DNA of 63,944 bases, the filler included, from Reclinomonas americana ATCC 50394 (taxonomy: Eukaryota), in the NCBI GenBank assembly GCA_048213135.1. It is 10 parts of 10 records of this genome, joined end to end, with 100 filler letters (N's around TTAATTAATTAA, not from the genome) between each part and the next. Parts side by side here need not be neighbours in the genome. Positions count along the whole stretch, not along the records: positions 36,620 to 40,637 come from AFZH01020817.1; positions 40,738 to 50,195 come from AFZH01020818.1; 8 more parts are not named here. One strand, 5' to 3'. A program made the translations under genes and the position numbers. This document shows, piece by piece, positions 36,930-49,800 of the stretch (position 1 is its first letter; the number at the start of each line of letters is the position of its first letter). The notes under the pieces are model-generated. The model saw only the letters and a program-made list of their open reading frames with translations, did not search any database and had not been told where the DNA came from.

Positions 36930-37581
36930 TTGCGCTCAACAAAACAAACAAACAAACTGTGCGGACAAATCATCGCGAGTGAACGTCGCGGAAGAAGGAG
37001 GTGACAGCTTGGTTTATGTTGACCAGAGTTCCCTTTATGTTCTATCAAGGGAGGAAGAGTTGTCGATGCAGCGAGCGGTGAAGTGTTGTTGTCGAGGGGA
37101 TTTGAATTACACCGTCAAGTAATTGCAAGAGAATTCGACCCCAGGCTGTCAGGTAGCCAACCTCACTTCTCTTTCGTACACATGTGCGAGTGAGAGACGT
37201 CGATGTACAGTAGTGGCGGTTGCAGCTTCTTCGCTCACGTGCTGCTGGCTCAGGGAATGCGAAGCTTCGTCGACGTCGACGCTGCTCCAGGCCTGCAGGT
37301 TGCCGTGCTGCTTTGCGCACTGGATTCCCGTCACACAGCAGCGCACAGTAACACCCACAAGCGCCTTTGCCGACCATGGCCATGCACGTGCACACCGAAA
37401 AAAGCAATTGCAATTGACGTCGTCGATCTCCAAATGCAGCACTTCGCAGGTCCATATCGCGCCTCTCAGCGACTATCCACTTGACCCGTGGCTTCCCACT
37501 TGCACCTCTTCGCCCTTTACCCTCGGACCATGCACCAAAAGAGCCACAGGACATTGTAACGCCCCGTCCTCTTTGACGAGT

Positions 37582-38199
37582 ATGGCGAGTGGAAGCGCGC
37601 CACCCCGTCCACCCGCTCTCTCCTCCTCCTCTTCCTCCTCTTCAACCGACGCCTACGCCGCACTACTTCAGCTTCGCGACAGTGATGACGATCACCTCGG
37701 CGAGGAGGAGGACAGTGAGTTGTCACCGCGCCTGATCGCCAAGCAAATGGTGAGCAGTACACACAGAGAAGCAGTCAGTGCGATCCACACACACATACAC
37801 TTACGCTCTCATATCATTGCAGCTATTCACGCTGTTGACCACGCACAAGCACGTGGCGGCACTGGAGCAAGCTGAGCAAGGTGTTGTCGTTTTTCGCGCG
37901 CGCGCACACTGCTCTCACTCTCTGCGCTCACTTGTCGTGTGTGTGTGTGTGTGCGTGCGCCAGTGCTGAGATACGATCCCGATGACGAGACCATTCAACA
38001 GCTGCGCGATCTGTTGCGCATCAAGGTGGAGAACACAGAGTATGACTCCAACGGTGACGAGGTGGAGGCGGAAGACGAGGAAGGAGAAGAAGACGATGAA
38101 GAGGAGGAGGATGACGAGGAAGATGAGGATGAGGAGGAAGGAGAAGAAGACGACAGTGCCGGCGAGGAGCCGAGCGGTGGCAGTGCAAGTGGGGTGTAG
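37582..38199 (+). CDS. Small acidic protein with a TPR-like helix pair (ERICH2-like, tentative)
   Basis: Three exons: LSPRLIAKQM|LFTLLTTHKHVAALEQAEQ|VLRYDPDDETIQQLRDLL, followed by a poly-E/D tail. Confidence 0.45.
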
Positions 38200-39261
38200 A
38201 GTACGGGAAGTTGTGTTGTGTTGGGCAGTCCACGTGAAGCAGTCGCAGCAACATGTTTTTTCGTGTTGATGGCCCTCAACAAGCAGGCGGTGGGAGAGAC
38301 ACCCACTCGATACTCATACGTTGTTCGACGCAAGCGGGAGACTCTGTGGACCGTCTAGGACGAGTCTTCTGCAGTGGAGTGTTTGAGAGAGGCAGACTCT
38401 CCCCCTCACGTTCTCCAGTGGCCTGGGCTTCCTTGTGTTTCGATGTTTATCACGCAGGTATCTTGCAATTGGAGAGGCGCACTCGTCAGGCGATACTCGT
38501 ACGTTGCTCCACGCACTCGCGACCAAGAAGCAAGGCGGATGTATCGCTGTGGATAACAACAACAACAACACAACTTTACTAATCCAAACAGCAACACAGC
38601 TGCATGATGTTCACCATCTGGAGTGAGCTCGAGCACCAGAAACGCAGACATTACGGAAAAAACGAGGAAAAAAGTCGATCGCGAGATGGCATGCTGGCGT
38701 TTCTGCATTCAGTTTGCTGAAGTGGAGTGTGAGAGACCTCTCTCTATCTATCTCTCTCTCTCTCTCCCTATCTCTCTATCTCTCTATCTCTTTCCCTCGC
38801 AGCGGACTTCCTTTTGTCTTTGCCGATATTAATCACTCAGCAGTACCTTCTTGTTTGTCAGTCATTGAATCGAACACCAAAAGAAGCAAAAGAGCTGCTT
38901 GCAACACACCACGTATACCAGTGCACCGTCCTCTTTTGTTTGGCTGGCGGGTACGTGCCGTTGCGCGTTTGTCAATACATGACGATGGCGACTCGCGATT
39001 TCGCCTCACCCATCTCTGTGTGTATCATCCGTCGTGACAGAGTGACGCCTGCCTCGCATCGGCAGTTTGTGCGCCTTGCACTCCGCGGCACATGGGCGCC
39101 AAAGCGTCCACCTCTCCACGAGTCAAGCCAGGCACGTGTGCGAAAAAAGAAAAAGAGTGCCCTCACGCTCCTCCTCTGATCTCCTCTCTCACACAGGCCA
39201 CGAGGACGAGACACCAGCGCAATGGTCGACCGCCAGTGTGCCCGACAATGGAGGAGAGGTA

Positions 39262-40637
39262 ATGGCTGTTGCGCAACGTCGTGCGCCTCTCAACAGGCCG
39301 GCATCGACGCGCAGGCCATTGCACCAAAATCGCATGCATCACAATCATCATCATCACAATCTCAATCATCACTTGCATGGTGCGCTGGATGCGGGTCACT
39401 CTCCACTCTATCAGCAGCAGTCTGCCACGCTCGCGCGCTCTTCGTCTCCGCCGTCAATGGCGGCCGCCACCACTGTCATGAGTGCCGCTGCGCCGCGCAT
39501 GTCGTCGGTCATGGTCGCCAATGGTGCCGCGGCGGCCGCCGAGGTCGTGTTGCCGTATCGACGACGTCTGCAGCGGCAGCACACAATCACGTCGTTGCGG
39601 ACGCTGGAGGTCCACTCGGAACAGCAGCTACAGCAGCAGCAGCAGCAGCAGCACCAGCTGGAGCAGCAGGAGCCGGTGGCTCAGCAACTGCATGTGGCGT
39701 CGCTGCCGACCATGCCGTCGCCGACTCGACGACATTCACGGACACCGCCTCGTCGTGGCCGGCACTCACCGTCGCCGCCGTTGCCGCCGCAGTCGCCAAC
39801 TGGCTCCGGACGGCCGAACCGCAATCAGCGTCGGCCTGCGCACGGACCTGACAGTCTCACACTTATTCAGCGGCGGCACTCGTCACGCTCCTCGCTATCG
39901 TCGACTTCGTCGCGCTCCACTGCCGTTGTGCACGGAAATGCGCCGCCGGCGGCGTTGCATGCAGGCGTGACCGACATTGTCAATTCGGCGTATCGCAGCT
40001 CCGTGTTGCCCATGTCGCCGAGCGTGCTGTCGCCCTCCAGCTTTCAGGTGGATATGACGCCGGCGGTGTCGCGCTTCCCCTCTGCGGCCACCACTGGCGA
40101 CTGCGCAGATGTTCGCACGGCCAACAAGATGGACACCACTGGCGACGCGTTGTTCGACGAAGTGTACGAGCACACGATTGACGACGCCGACGACGTTGGC
40201 TATGTGACCAAGTCGGCCAGCACGCCAACGCCGCCTACCGGCCGTGCAACTTCTTCTTCGTCGGGACATGGTCAGCACGCGGCGCCGGTGCCGCTGTCGC
40301 CGCAAATGTCTCACCCTGCGTTTTCGCACTACGATTACGCCACGGGCACCATGTCGATGGCGCCGACCGCCCCACCCCTCGTGGCCTCACCGTCGCATCA
40401 CACAGTGGTGATGTCGCAGTCGTCGCCTCGTTCAATGTCGCCACCACTACCACTACAGCAGCAGCAGCAGCAACAGCAGTATGCCATGGATCCGGCCATG
40501 GCGTTTTTCATGATGCAACAACAGCAGCAGCAGCAACAGCAACAACAGTTTGGCGGCCTGGCGTATGCGTCGCCGCATTCGCCCTCGCTGGCTGCCGCTT
40601 CCTTTTCAGCGTCGTTGTCAGCACAGCTGACGCAATT
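39262..40637 (+). CDS. Gln/Ser/Pro-rich low-complexity coding region, open into the gap
   Basis: Stop-free >450-codon frame with poly-Q tracts running into linker 40638; start uncertain. Confidence 0.55.
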
Positions 40638-40801
40638 NNNNNNNNNNNNNNNNNNNNNNNNNNNNNNNNNNNNNNNNNNNNTTAATTAATTAANNNNNNN
40701 NNNNNNNNNNNNNNNNNNNNNNNNNNNNNNNNNNNNNTGTATGTGTGTGTGTGTGTGTGCACGCATGCAATCACCACGCGCAACTGAGCATGTGCGTGCA
40801 G

Positions 40802-43800
40802 ACGTTGCTCGTGTCGGGAACTCTCGGCTGCGGCAAGACGCACTACGCGATGCATGTGGTCGCCGACGAATGGCTGTTCAAGCCGAGTGCCTCGAATGCA
40901 AAGCGCCCCGGTCGCCTGCTCTGCTATGTACACGCTGCATGCGTGCCGCAGCAAGTGTGGGCCTCCGGTGGACTTGTCGCCCATTTGCTCGAGCAGAACG
41001 GATTCACGGCAGCTGATGTTGAGCTGCGATTGCGTTCTTGTGTGGTCCCTGCTGATAGCTGACCACGGCTTGTTGTTCCTCCGCGTGCACAGTACGCCGT
41101 CTTGCGCGAGAATTACATGATACTCATCATTGTCGACGGGTACGACGAACAGAGGACCATCCCAGGCGGTACTCTGGTACAATCGTTTGCACTATCAGTT
41201 GCGATTGGTGGTGCCCGTTCATGCACATTGTCGCGTTTGCGCACCGCACTCACCATTCGCGATAGGAATGGAACGCGTCGCTGGTGGTGTGCTGCGGAGG
41301 CGAGTATCTGGAGAATCTCAGTATCGGAGATCTGACCACCGTGTTTTCCGCTACCGGGGAGCCCGGTGGCTTCACCCAGTGTGTCCTCCTGCCGTTCTCT
41401 AACGCCCAGATCGATGACTTTCTGGCCAAGTTTCGTGTCGGGTTGGAAATGGTCTCTGCTCGCGTCGGTCCTCCGCTGATACGCGACAATGCTGTAGACT
41501 TCTTCAAACACCAACGATCACACCGTGGCCTTTCTCCACGGTTGCCGAATTCCGTGGTCATTTTGAGCAGTGTGGTCCACTCAACGACCTCATCTCGACG
41601 GTACGCCTGTACGCATTATTTCTGTCTCTGGCGATGTCCTCATCGACTACCTGCAGCCTCTCGCCTTGACCATGATGACATGCTGCGCACCACAAGTGGT
41701 GACATCGAGACCAGCCCTGCTGAAACAATATGTTGACTGGTGGTCTCGCCACGCGCTGACTGTCCACTCGCCGCTCAGCGCAGTTCAGTCACGCACTGTG
41801 CTACTATTCAGTGTTCGTGTTCTCTGCCCTGGTGATGTTGTTCTCTGATTATCAGATCATTGTAGGCTCTGGAAACGATTGGCGCCAGTGGGCAAACTGT
41901 GCTGGCAGCAAGTCGGCATGTGGCCGCCCAGATGCTTCTGGAGCACTCTTTAGTGTGCGACCGAAACAGCGCAGCGCTGCAGCCAGTGTTCGCTGTGCTA
42001 TCCCCGGATTCGCTCGACCCAACGCTTCGTGACGAGCTTGTTTATACGGTTCGTCGCTTCAAGTGATGGTGTGGTGGTGCATGCTGACTTACCGCTCGGC
42101 TGCAGTCCATTTTGGTTCCTCTCGACAACACTCACCTGGCTTACCGCCACCGTGTCATCCGCGACTACATGGCCGCTGCTGAGTGTGTGGAAACCGTGCA
42201 ACGCTGGTCAGTCAACTCCATGCGACTACGTCGGAACGACGACGCGGCCATGAGCGAGGTGGGCTTCACTCTGTCGCCAACGGCGACGATATATTGTGCA
42301 CCGCCTGACACGATTATTATTATTTTACATGCCAGATGTTGGCTTCAATACGTGAACGTGCGTGGTGCAAGCGCTTGCTAGCAGACGAGGTACGCGTAAT
42401 TTCGCTTGTGTCGTCGTTTACCACCGTCGCTCACCTGGCACATCTCCGGTTGACAACGGATCACAGCCTGCCGTGCTGCAGCTGCTCATCGAATGGACCG
42501 CGATGGATCATGAGTTCCTCTCATCTCTCATGGCCATGCGACACGCCGCGGAACGTTCACCTCAGCTCATCACCGCTGCGGCAAATTCGCATTTCGGTAA
42601 TCGCTTCTTATTCGATCCCTGCTGTACACCGATTGTGCCACTGAATTTATCCTACCATGGGCACGCATACGCACAGTCCTGGGTGTTTCGGGTCATGCCT
42701 ATAGACCACGTCCCACCCACCAGCCAGACGTGTGTTCGCATGATTGTTTGTGTATATGTATTGTTGCTGGTGTGTGCGTCTCACATTTCCCCGGTGTGCA
42801 GTTGGCTGTTCCTGTCGTGCGACATCCATTTGTCGTTGCATTGTACGAGCGACAGCCGTCCACGCAACTCGAACTGCCCATGTGTGTGGGCCAAGTGTTC
42901 CGCGTGCTGAAGGAGGATGAATCAGGGTGGTGGGTGGTGCAAAACGAAACAAGCAACAGGGGCATAGTGCCTCACAACTACATTCGACCAATCGTGCCTG
43001 TTGGTGTGTGCAGTCTGTTGTGTCATGAGCCTGCGCTCCTTGTCTGTGTTAACTGTGTCTCTGTGTTGTGAACAGCGGAGACTCAAGTGCAGGCACAATC
43101 AGTCCCGTCACCGAGGAGCAGTACTCCGCGCGCACGCTCAGACTTCCAAGAGGTATCACTCTGCGTGCTTCTTGTTCTGTCTTAACTGCATGCCAACGCG
43201 ACGCGCGTCACTCGCAGCTTTTCGTTCCAGAAGAACTGACAGAGACGCACAGCATTGCTTCTTCCAGAGTTGCGTACTGTGGGCGTGGTCTTTCGGGGAC
43301 TGCAACTGCTGGATACTTAACGGATGTTATTCGTGTGTACACAAAGGGCTCTGTGGATGACCCTGCAGTCGAACCGAGCGACGTGGCGGTCACAGTCGAT
43401 GCACATGGACCACAGCTGAGCGACACTGCTGCAGCTGGTAGCGGCGTAGTTGCGTCGCTGTGCAATTTGTCACCGTGCGGACACTTGACAGTACTCAAAT
43501 AGATTGCGGTGTTGCAGGAGAAGCCAAGTCCAGTGCCATCCTCTCGTACGCTGCGTGACGAAACAACGGCTTCTGTGGACCGCAACGGTGCACTGCAGAT
43601 GATTCGCAATGCTACCCCGATGCGAGTTTCAGTCCCGCCGTTTGTTCCACGACTAGCAATGGGTGGGTATGCGTGATTCCGTGTGGAAGCCGCTTGTTCG
43701 TGGTTTCTGATTGTTTTTGTTGTGCAGATCGATTGCATGGTGACTCCAGCGGAGATGGTCATCAAGCAGTTTACCCAATATCTGAAGCGCCGTTGAGTGT

Positions 43801-46800
43801 CAATTCAGACGCTCAGAACCAGTCCAAGCACGGGTCTCTTCCCAAGTCAGACAACCGCGACATTTTCACACGAGACGCTCCAGCCGCCGGTGGGCGTCCC
43901 GCTGTCGCCGCCGACATATCAGCTGCTGCGCCTGCGGCAGTGACAGCACCACCTCGCAAGCCGGAGGATCTCCGGCAGTCGACCGGTCCAGCGACAGCAC
44001 CCTCAGCTGCGGCTCCTGCGGCAGTGACAGCGCCACCTGTAGTTGTCGATGCAGCTGGTGCTCTGGATGCCATCCGACGTGCATCACCACCGCTACGCAG
44101 TCCGATGCCGGAGGATCTCAGGCAGTCGGCTGGTGCTCCAGCAGCTCCCTCAGCTGCAGCTCCTGCGGCAGTAGCAGCACCACCTCGCAAGCCGGAGGAC
44201 CTCAGGCAGTCGACTGGTGTTCTGGCAGCGCCCTCAGCTGCTGCTCCTATGGCAGTGACAGCACCACCTGCAGTCGTCGACGCGGCTGGCGCACTGGATG
44301 CCATCCGACGTGCCTCACCATCACCACGCAGTCCGAAAGCAGGAGATAGCGGGCACTCGACCGGTCCAGCGACAGCGCCCTCAGCTGCAGCTCCTGCGGT
44401 TGTGGCAGCACCGCCTCACAAGCCGGAGGACCTCAGGCATTCGACCGGTGCTCCAGCAACACCCTCTGCTACCGCTCCTGCGACAGTGACACCACCACCT
44501 GCTGTTGTGGACGCAGCTGGTGCACTGGATGCCATTCGACGTGCCTCACCATCACCACGCAGTCTGAAAGCAGGAGACAATGGGCACTCGACCGGTCCAG
44601 CGACAGCGCCCTCAGCTGCAGCTCCTGCGGTAGTGGCAGCACCAGCTCATAAGCCGGAGGACCTCAGACAGTCGACCGGTGCAGCAGCAGCGCCCACAGC
44701 TGCAGTTCCTGCGGCAGTGACACCACCACCTGCTGTCGTCGACGCGGCTGGCGCACTGGATGCCATCCGACGTGCCTCACCATCTCCACGCAGTCCGAAA
44801 TCAGGAGACAATGGGCACTCGACAGCACCCTCAGGTGCAGCTCCTGCGGTAGTGGCAGCACCACCTCACAAGCCGGAGGACCTCAGGCATTCGACCAGTG
44901 CAGCAGCAATACCCTCTGCTGCCGCTCCTGCGGCAGTGACACCACCACCTGCTGTTGTCGATGTAGCTGGTGCGCTGGATGCCATCCGACGTGCCTCACC
45001 ATCTCCACGCAGTCCGAAATCAGGAGACAGTGGGCACTCGACCGATCCAGCGACACCGCCCTCAGTTGCAGCTCCTGCGGTAGTGGCAGCACCGCCTCGC
45101 AAGCCGGAGGACCTCAGGCATTCGACCAGTGCAGCAGCAACACCTTCTGCTGCCGCTCCTGCGGCAGTGACACCACCACCTGCTGTTGTCGATGTAGCTG
45201 GTGCGCTGGATGCCATCCGACGTGCCTCACCATCTCCACGCAGTCCGAAATCAGGAGACAGTGGGCACTCGACCAGTCCAGCGACGGCGCCCTCAGTTGC
45301 AGCTCCTGCGGTAGTGGCAGCACCGCCTCGCAAGCCGGAGGATCTCAGACAGTCGACCGGTGCAGCAGCAGCGCCCTCAGCTGCCGCTCCTGTGGCAGTG
45401 ACACCACCACCTGCTGTTGTGGACGCGGCTGGTGCGCTGGATGCCATCCGACGTGCCTCACCATCTCCACGCAGTCCGAAATCAGGAGACAATGGACACT
45501 CGACGGCGCCCTCAGCTGCAGCTCCTGCGGTAGTGGCAGCACCACCTCACAAGCCGGAGGACCTCAGGCATTTGACCGGTGCAGCAGCAACACCCTCTGC
45601 TGCCGCTCCTGCGGCAGTGACACCACCACCTGCTGTTGTCGATGCAGCTGGTGCACTGGATGCCATTCGACGTGCATCGCCTCCGCCACGCAAGCCAGAG
45701 GATCTCAGGCAGTCGACCGGTGCTCCCGCAGTGCCCTCAGCTGCCGCTCCTGCGACAGTGATACCGCCACCTGCTGTTGTAGATGCAGCTGGTGCCCTGG
45801 ATGCCATCCGACGGGCATCGCCCCCTCCGAGGAGTCCGAAGGCACAACACCCTGCACACGACGGAGTTGCACCACTCGTGCAACCAGCAGGTGCTGCTGC
45901 TGCCGCCGACGTTGTCGCCCGCGAGAATCACAGTACTTCGCTATATCCACCGTTGGTTGCTGTCGTTCCACCGTCAGTAGCACCTGGTGATGCAGCCACC
46001 CGCGTCCCACCACCGGCTCTGCGGAGGCAACCTTCTGACCTGTCGTCGCCACGATCACCGGCATTGGGCGCCTTCAGCAGTGGCCTCGGACTTTTTGGTG
46101 GCTCGCCGGTCGAGGTATCGCATACACGTGCTTGTCTCTATGTGACTTCATTCTGACCTGCTGGTTCTTTGTCTCTGCTCTGCGTAGCCGCAAGTCGTCT
46201 CTCCCGGCTCAGCCAGTGGCGGGACAGCATCGCCTCGTCGCCCTACAGTTGCGGTGTTGATGCAGTGTATTCTGACACGAGACCAAGTGCATCGTATTGC
46301 TCACTGGCTGGCAATGCATGACTATCAGCCGGGCTCACGTGCTGCACTGGCCGCCGTTGCTGCTGCCGGCCTCGGCAACGTCATCGGGCACGCTGCCGCC
46401 ACTGGTTCACGAGGGAAAGGAAAGAAGCTTGTGCGGACCAAGAGCGAAGTTTCGAAGTCTGTTGGTGCGCCATCTTGTGCTGCGACACCTAACAGTCACC
46501 TATCCATGTGTACAGGATGCGGGAACGTCGCCGCAGCCGGAGGCTGCTCGCAACACGCGCCACGCTACAACAAAATCGGTGCGTTGCGACAAACAGTTCC
46601 TCTTCCACACCTCGCCTACACAAAAAACGCAAGCTTCTCACTGTGTATTGCACTCGTCTCGCAGCTTGTCTACGACACCCAGCTGCCAACAGAGACAAGG
46701 GTTTGGATGTCGTTTCACTCCTTTAACTCGCACTCTCATCGTACTCACTCTCGGCCCTTGCGTGCAGACGGAAAACGAAAATGGCGCCTCGAAAGCGACT

Positions 46801-49800
46801 TCCGAAGCGCCTGTTACGTACATAGGACGTGAGAGAGGCTGTGTACAATGCCGGCGCTAACACCCGTTGACGCGACAGTCTTCGATACCGTCGGCCTCCG
46901 CGTCGACCGTCACCGCCAATGCCGCGGTAAGTCTCGCAACAGCTAGACTGGGTCCATACAATCACGTTGATTCGCTCACATGAGTGCACGCAGCCGCCGG
47001 AGTCAGCCTCCAGCGCTTCTCGAACTCACAAGCCAACAGCAGTGCGTTGTTAATACCCTGCATTCGCTTCTGTGCTACTGCACCACACTAACTGCATCCT
47101 GTTTGCTGCAGTCGGTGGATGCAGACGCAGTTGCGTTATGTTAATTCACAGAACCCTTGAGAGCCGCTTACAGCTACTTATTTCAATTGTGGCTAGGCAC
47201 ACCGGGATCACCGAGTGCGAGTCTCATTCCACCTGGATGCCACCCAACCCGCTGCTACCGAAGTGAGAAAAAACTCGTCTTGCGACACTGCTTCATGCTT
47301 CTGTTGCCTCACTGTTTGTGTGCCTTGTAGTCGGAGGCAGAGAAGGATGCGTTGACAATCCCACCACCATCCACAGTCGCCGAGGTTCGTTGCCGTCGGC
47401 ATTGTTTGGCCCTGTGTGTGAACGACGACCCCCTAAAGATTGCTGCGTGCTGGTGTTTTGTGCGTAGACTGACCGTCCGGCCGTTCTCCCAACGTCAACA
47501 CCGGCATTGCTCTTCCGCGATTCACCTGCGGTAAGCTCTGTCATTTTCGTTTCAGCTACTAGTGGGACAACTGTTGATCAATGCGAAATCAACCAGGCAC
47601 TGGTGGAGAAGGACGACGGTGGCGACGAGGACGTTTCGTGCCGCGGTTGTGCTCTGTTTTGGTCTCCCAAATGTGTTCGCTGAATATTACTGATGCATTA
47701 GGACTCTGTTCGTGTGTACACCGATAATGACGAGGACGACGAGGCAACCTCGACTGACGACATGGTGCGAGCTGCTAGCGAAACACAACTAACTGTTCAC
47801 GGCAACGAAATTAACCAGCACGTCTTGCACAGCGCTCTGAAGCCTCATCCCGTAACAAGCACGTGGTGTCTGTGAATCCTGTCCCTGTTGCGGTTCGCTC
47901 ATTGTTTCTGCTGCCCATTCGCCTATATTCGTTGCTGACAATACGGCAGCCTGTGCAGCATTCCTCCGTGTCAGCTCCTCCAAGCAGAGTGGTTTGTGTA
48001 TCCTGCTGTCTGTGTGTGTGTACGTGTGTGTTGGCTCTTCCGGCATTCACTGCTACTTCGCAGCCGTCGCCGCCGCCTCGCTCCGTTCATCCGCCATCCC
48101 CGCCCGTGCGTTGTTGCAATCAGTGTGCATTTTGATTGGGTCAGTGTGTGACGTGGAAGTTGCTGAATGCAGACAACGGCGCACGTTCCTCCACCACATG
48201 TTCAAGTAACACCGGTTGCGGTTGTGGAACCCGTGTCGGCTGCACGGGTTGCCGATCATGTCCCAGACAGCATCAGTGCCGTGGTCCACGAAGCGCACCA
48301 CGAGCCTCAATCGACAGACGCTATCGGTACTCGACCGGAAACACCGCCTCCTGCAGTACACGCCATCAAGGAGGAAGTGGCTGCGAAAGAGAGCGCACCG
48401 CCAGAGGTGAGCGGAGTGCGTCATTTTGCTGAACGGCGTGCGTATGTTCGTCGGTGTGCTCAACATGCAACTGTGTAGCCGGTGGTGCTGTTGGCTCCTG
48501 GCGATGTGGTCGCCGTGTACGAGGGAGACCGACTCGACCGAGACGCTTCACAGCCGGAGGCCCTCGGCGGTGCACTTGTGGTGCTTAATATGCTCGCAAA
48601 CGGTATGTGGATTCGCACGCGCCGCCTGTGCTGACCGATGGATTGCTTACCGCCGAGTGTACCGCAGGTGGACGGCGGGTTCTCGTTGGTGCCTCTGATG
48701 GCGAGCTGGTTGATCGAGTTCGAGTGCGCCATCACGGTCCAGCCGCCAATTTAGTGGGGTGCTTGGTCACTGCGGAGGGGTGCACGGAAGGAATCGGTCG
48801 TGTGTACGAGCCCGCCCACCATGTGCACCCACAACTCGTGTGCGGTCGCATCATTCACGTACACGCCAGCGACGAGGACGAGTTGCCAGCCCGTGCGGTA
48901 CGTGGCCGGAAGGGCTTCTCCTTCCTGGCCGCCACGTCGTTGTTCACATGAGTATTTCTACATATGTGTGGCGCAGGAATCGGAGCGTGTGTCGATAGTG
49001 TCCGCAATTGCGATGCTCAGCCTGGAGCCACCACCCGGTGCGTCAGCTTGGACCACGCGTGTGCATGTTCATGTATTTTGTGTGTGTTTTGCTTCATGCT
49101 GACATTGCCAGTGTAGCGCCGTTCTCTCGCGATTGCGTGGTGGGAGCGTATCCGTTCCCACCTCGCTGGCTCTATCCGAGCCACGGAGCCGCTCTGAGTG
49201 AGGTCTTGGCCGTGCTTCGAGAGGAACTGCGCAGTTGCATGTCCAGTCACTCTCGTGTTGGTCCTTGCGTACCGTTGACCTCACCGTGTACACGTACACC
49301 CTGCAGCACCGTCTCCTGGATGCTTTGTTGTTATTGAGGGTCCTGAAGGCGTGGGCAAGAGCAGTTGTGCTGCGGCATTGCAGGTGGCGTGTCATCTGCA
49401 ATCCGCTGATCTGCATCTCGTAACCTCACCACTGCCGGTACTCAGGTGGCACTCTCCGGACCACCATTTAATGTCCTTGGACCCGTCACCAGCGTGGATC
49501 TGACCGATGCACTGACGCACGAGTCGGCAGAGTCCATGTCGCTGTCGACTGTTGTCGCACATCTGCATGGACTGTACGATCGTACGGTCTCCAGTCATGT
49601 CATGTCGAGAGATGCCGATTTGGCCTCGCGTATCGACGCTCTTGACGACGAATTGTACGCATTGCTACCGAATCGACGCAAGTTGCTCCTCCTGGAGAAT
49701 GTGACTGACGTGGCGCAATTGGCGTCGTTTCTGCCCCGTGTCCACCTTTCGCAAGGTAAGCTGCATGCGTTATGCATGTGTTGCGTGCGATACTCACATG

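Noticed and set aside
36970..37554. Possible small minus-strand spliced gene
   Set aside because: Candidate exons exist, but the frames are ambiguous and there is no recognisable motif.
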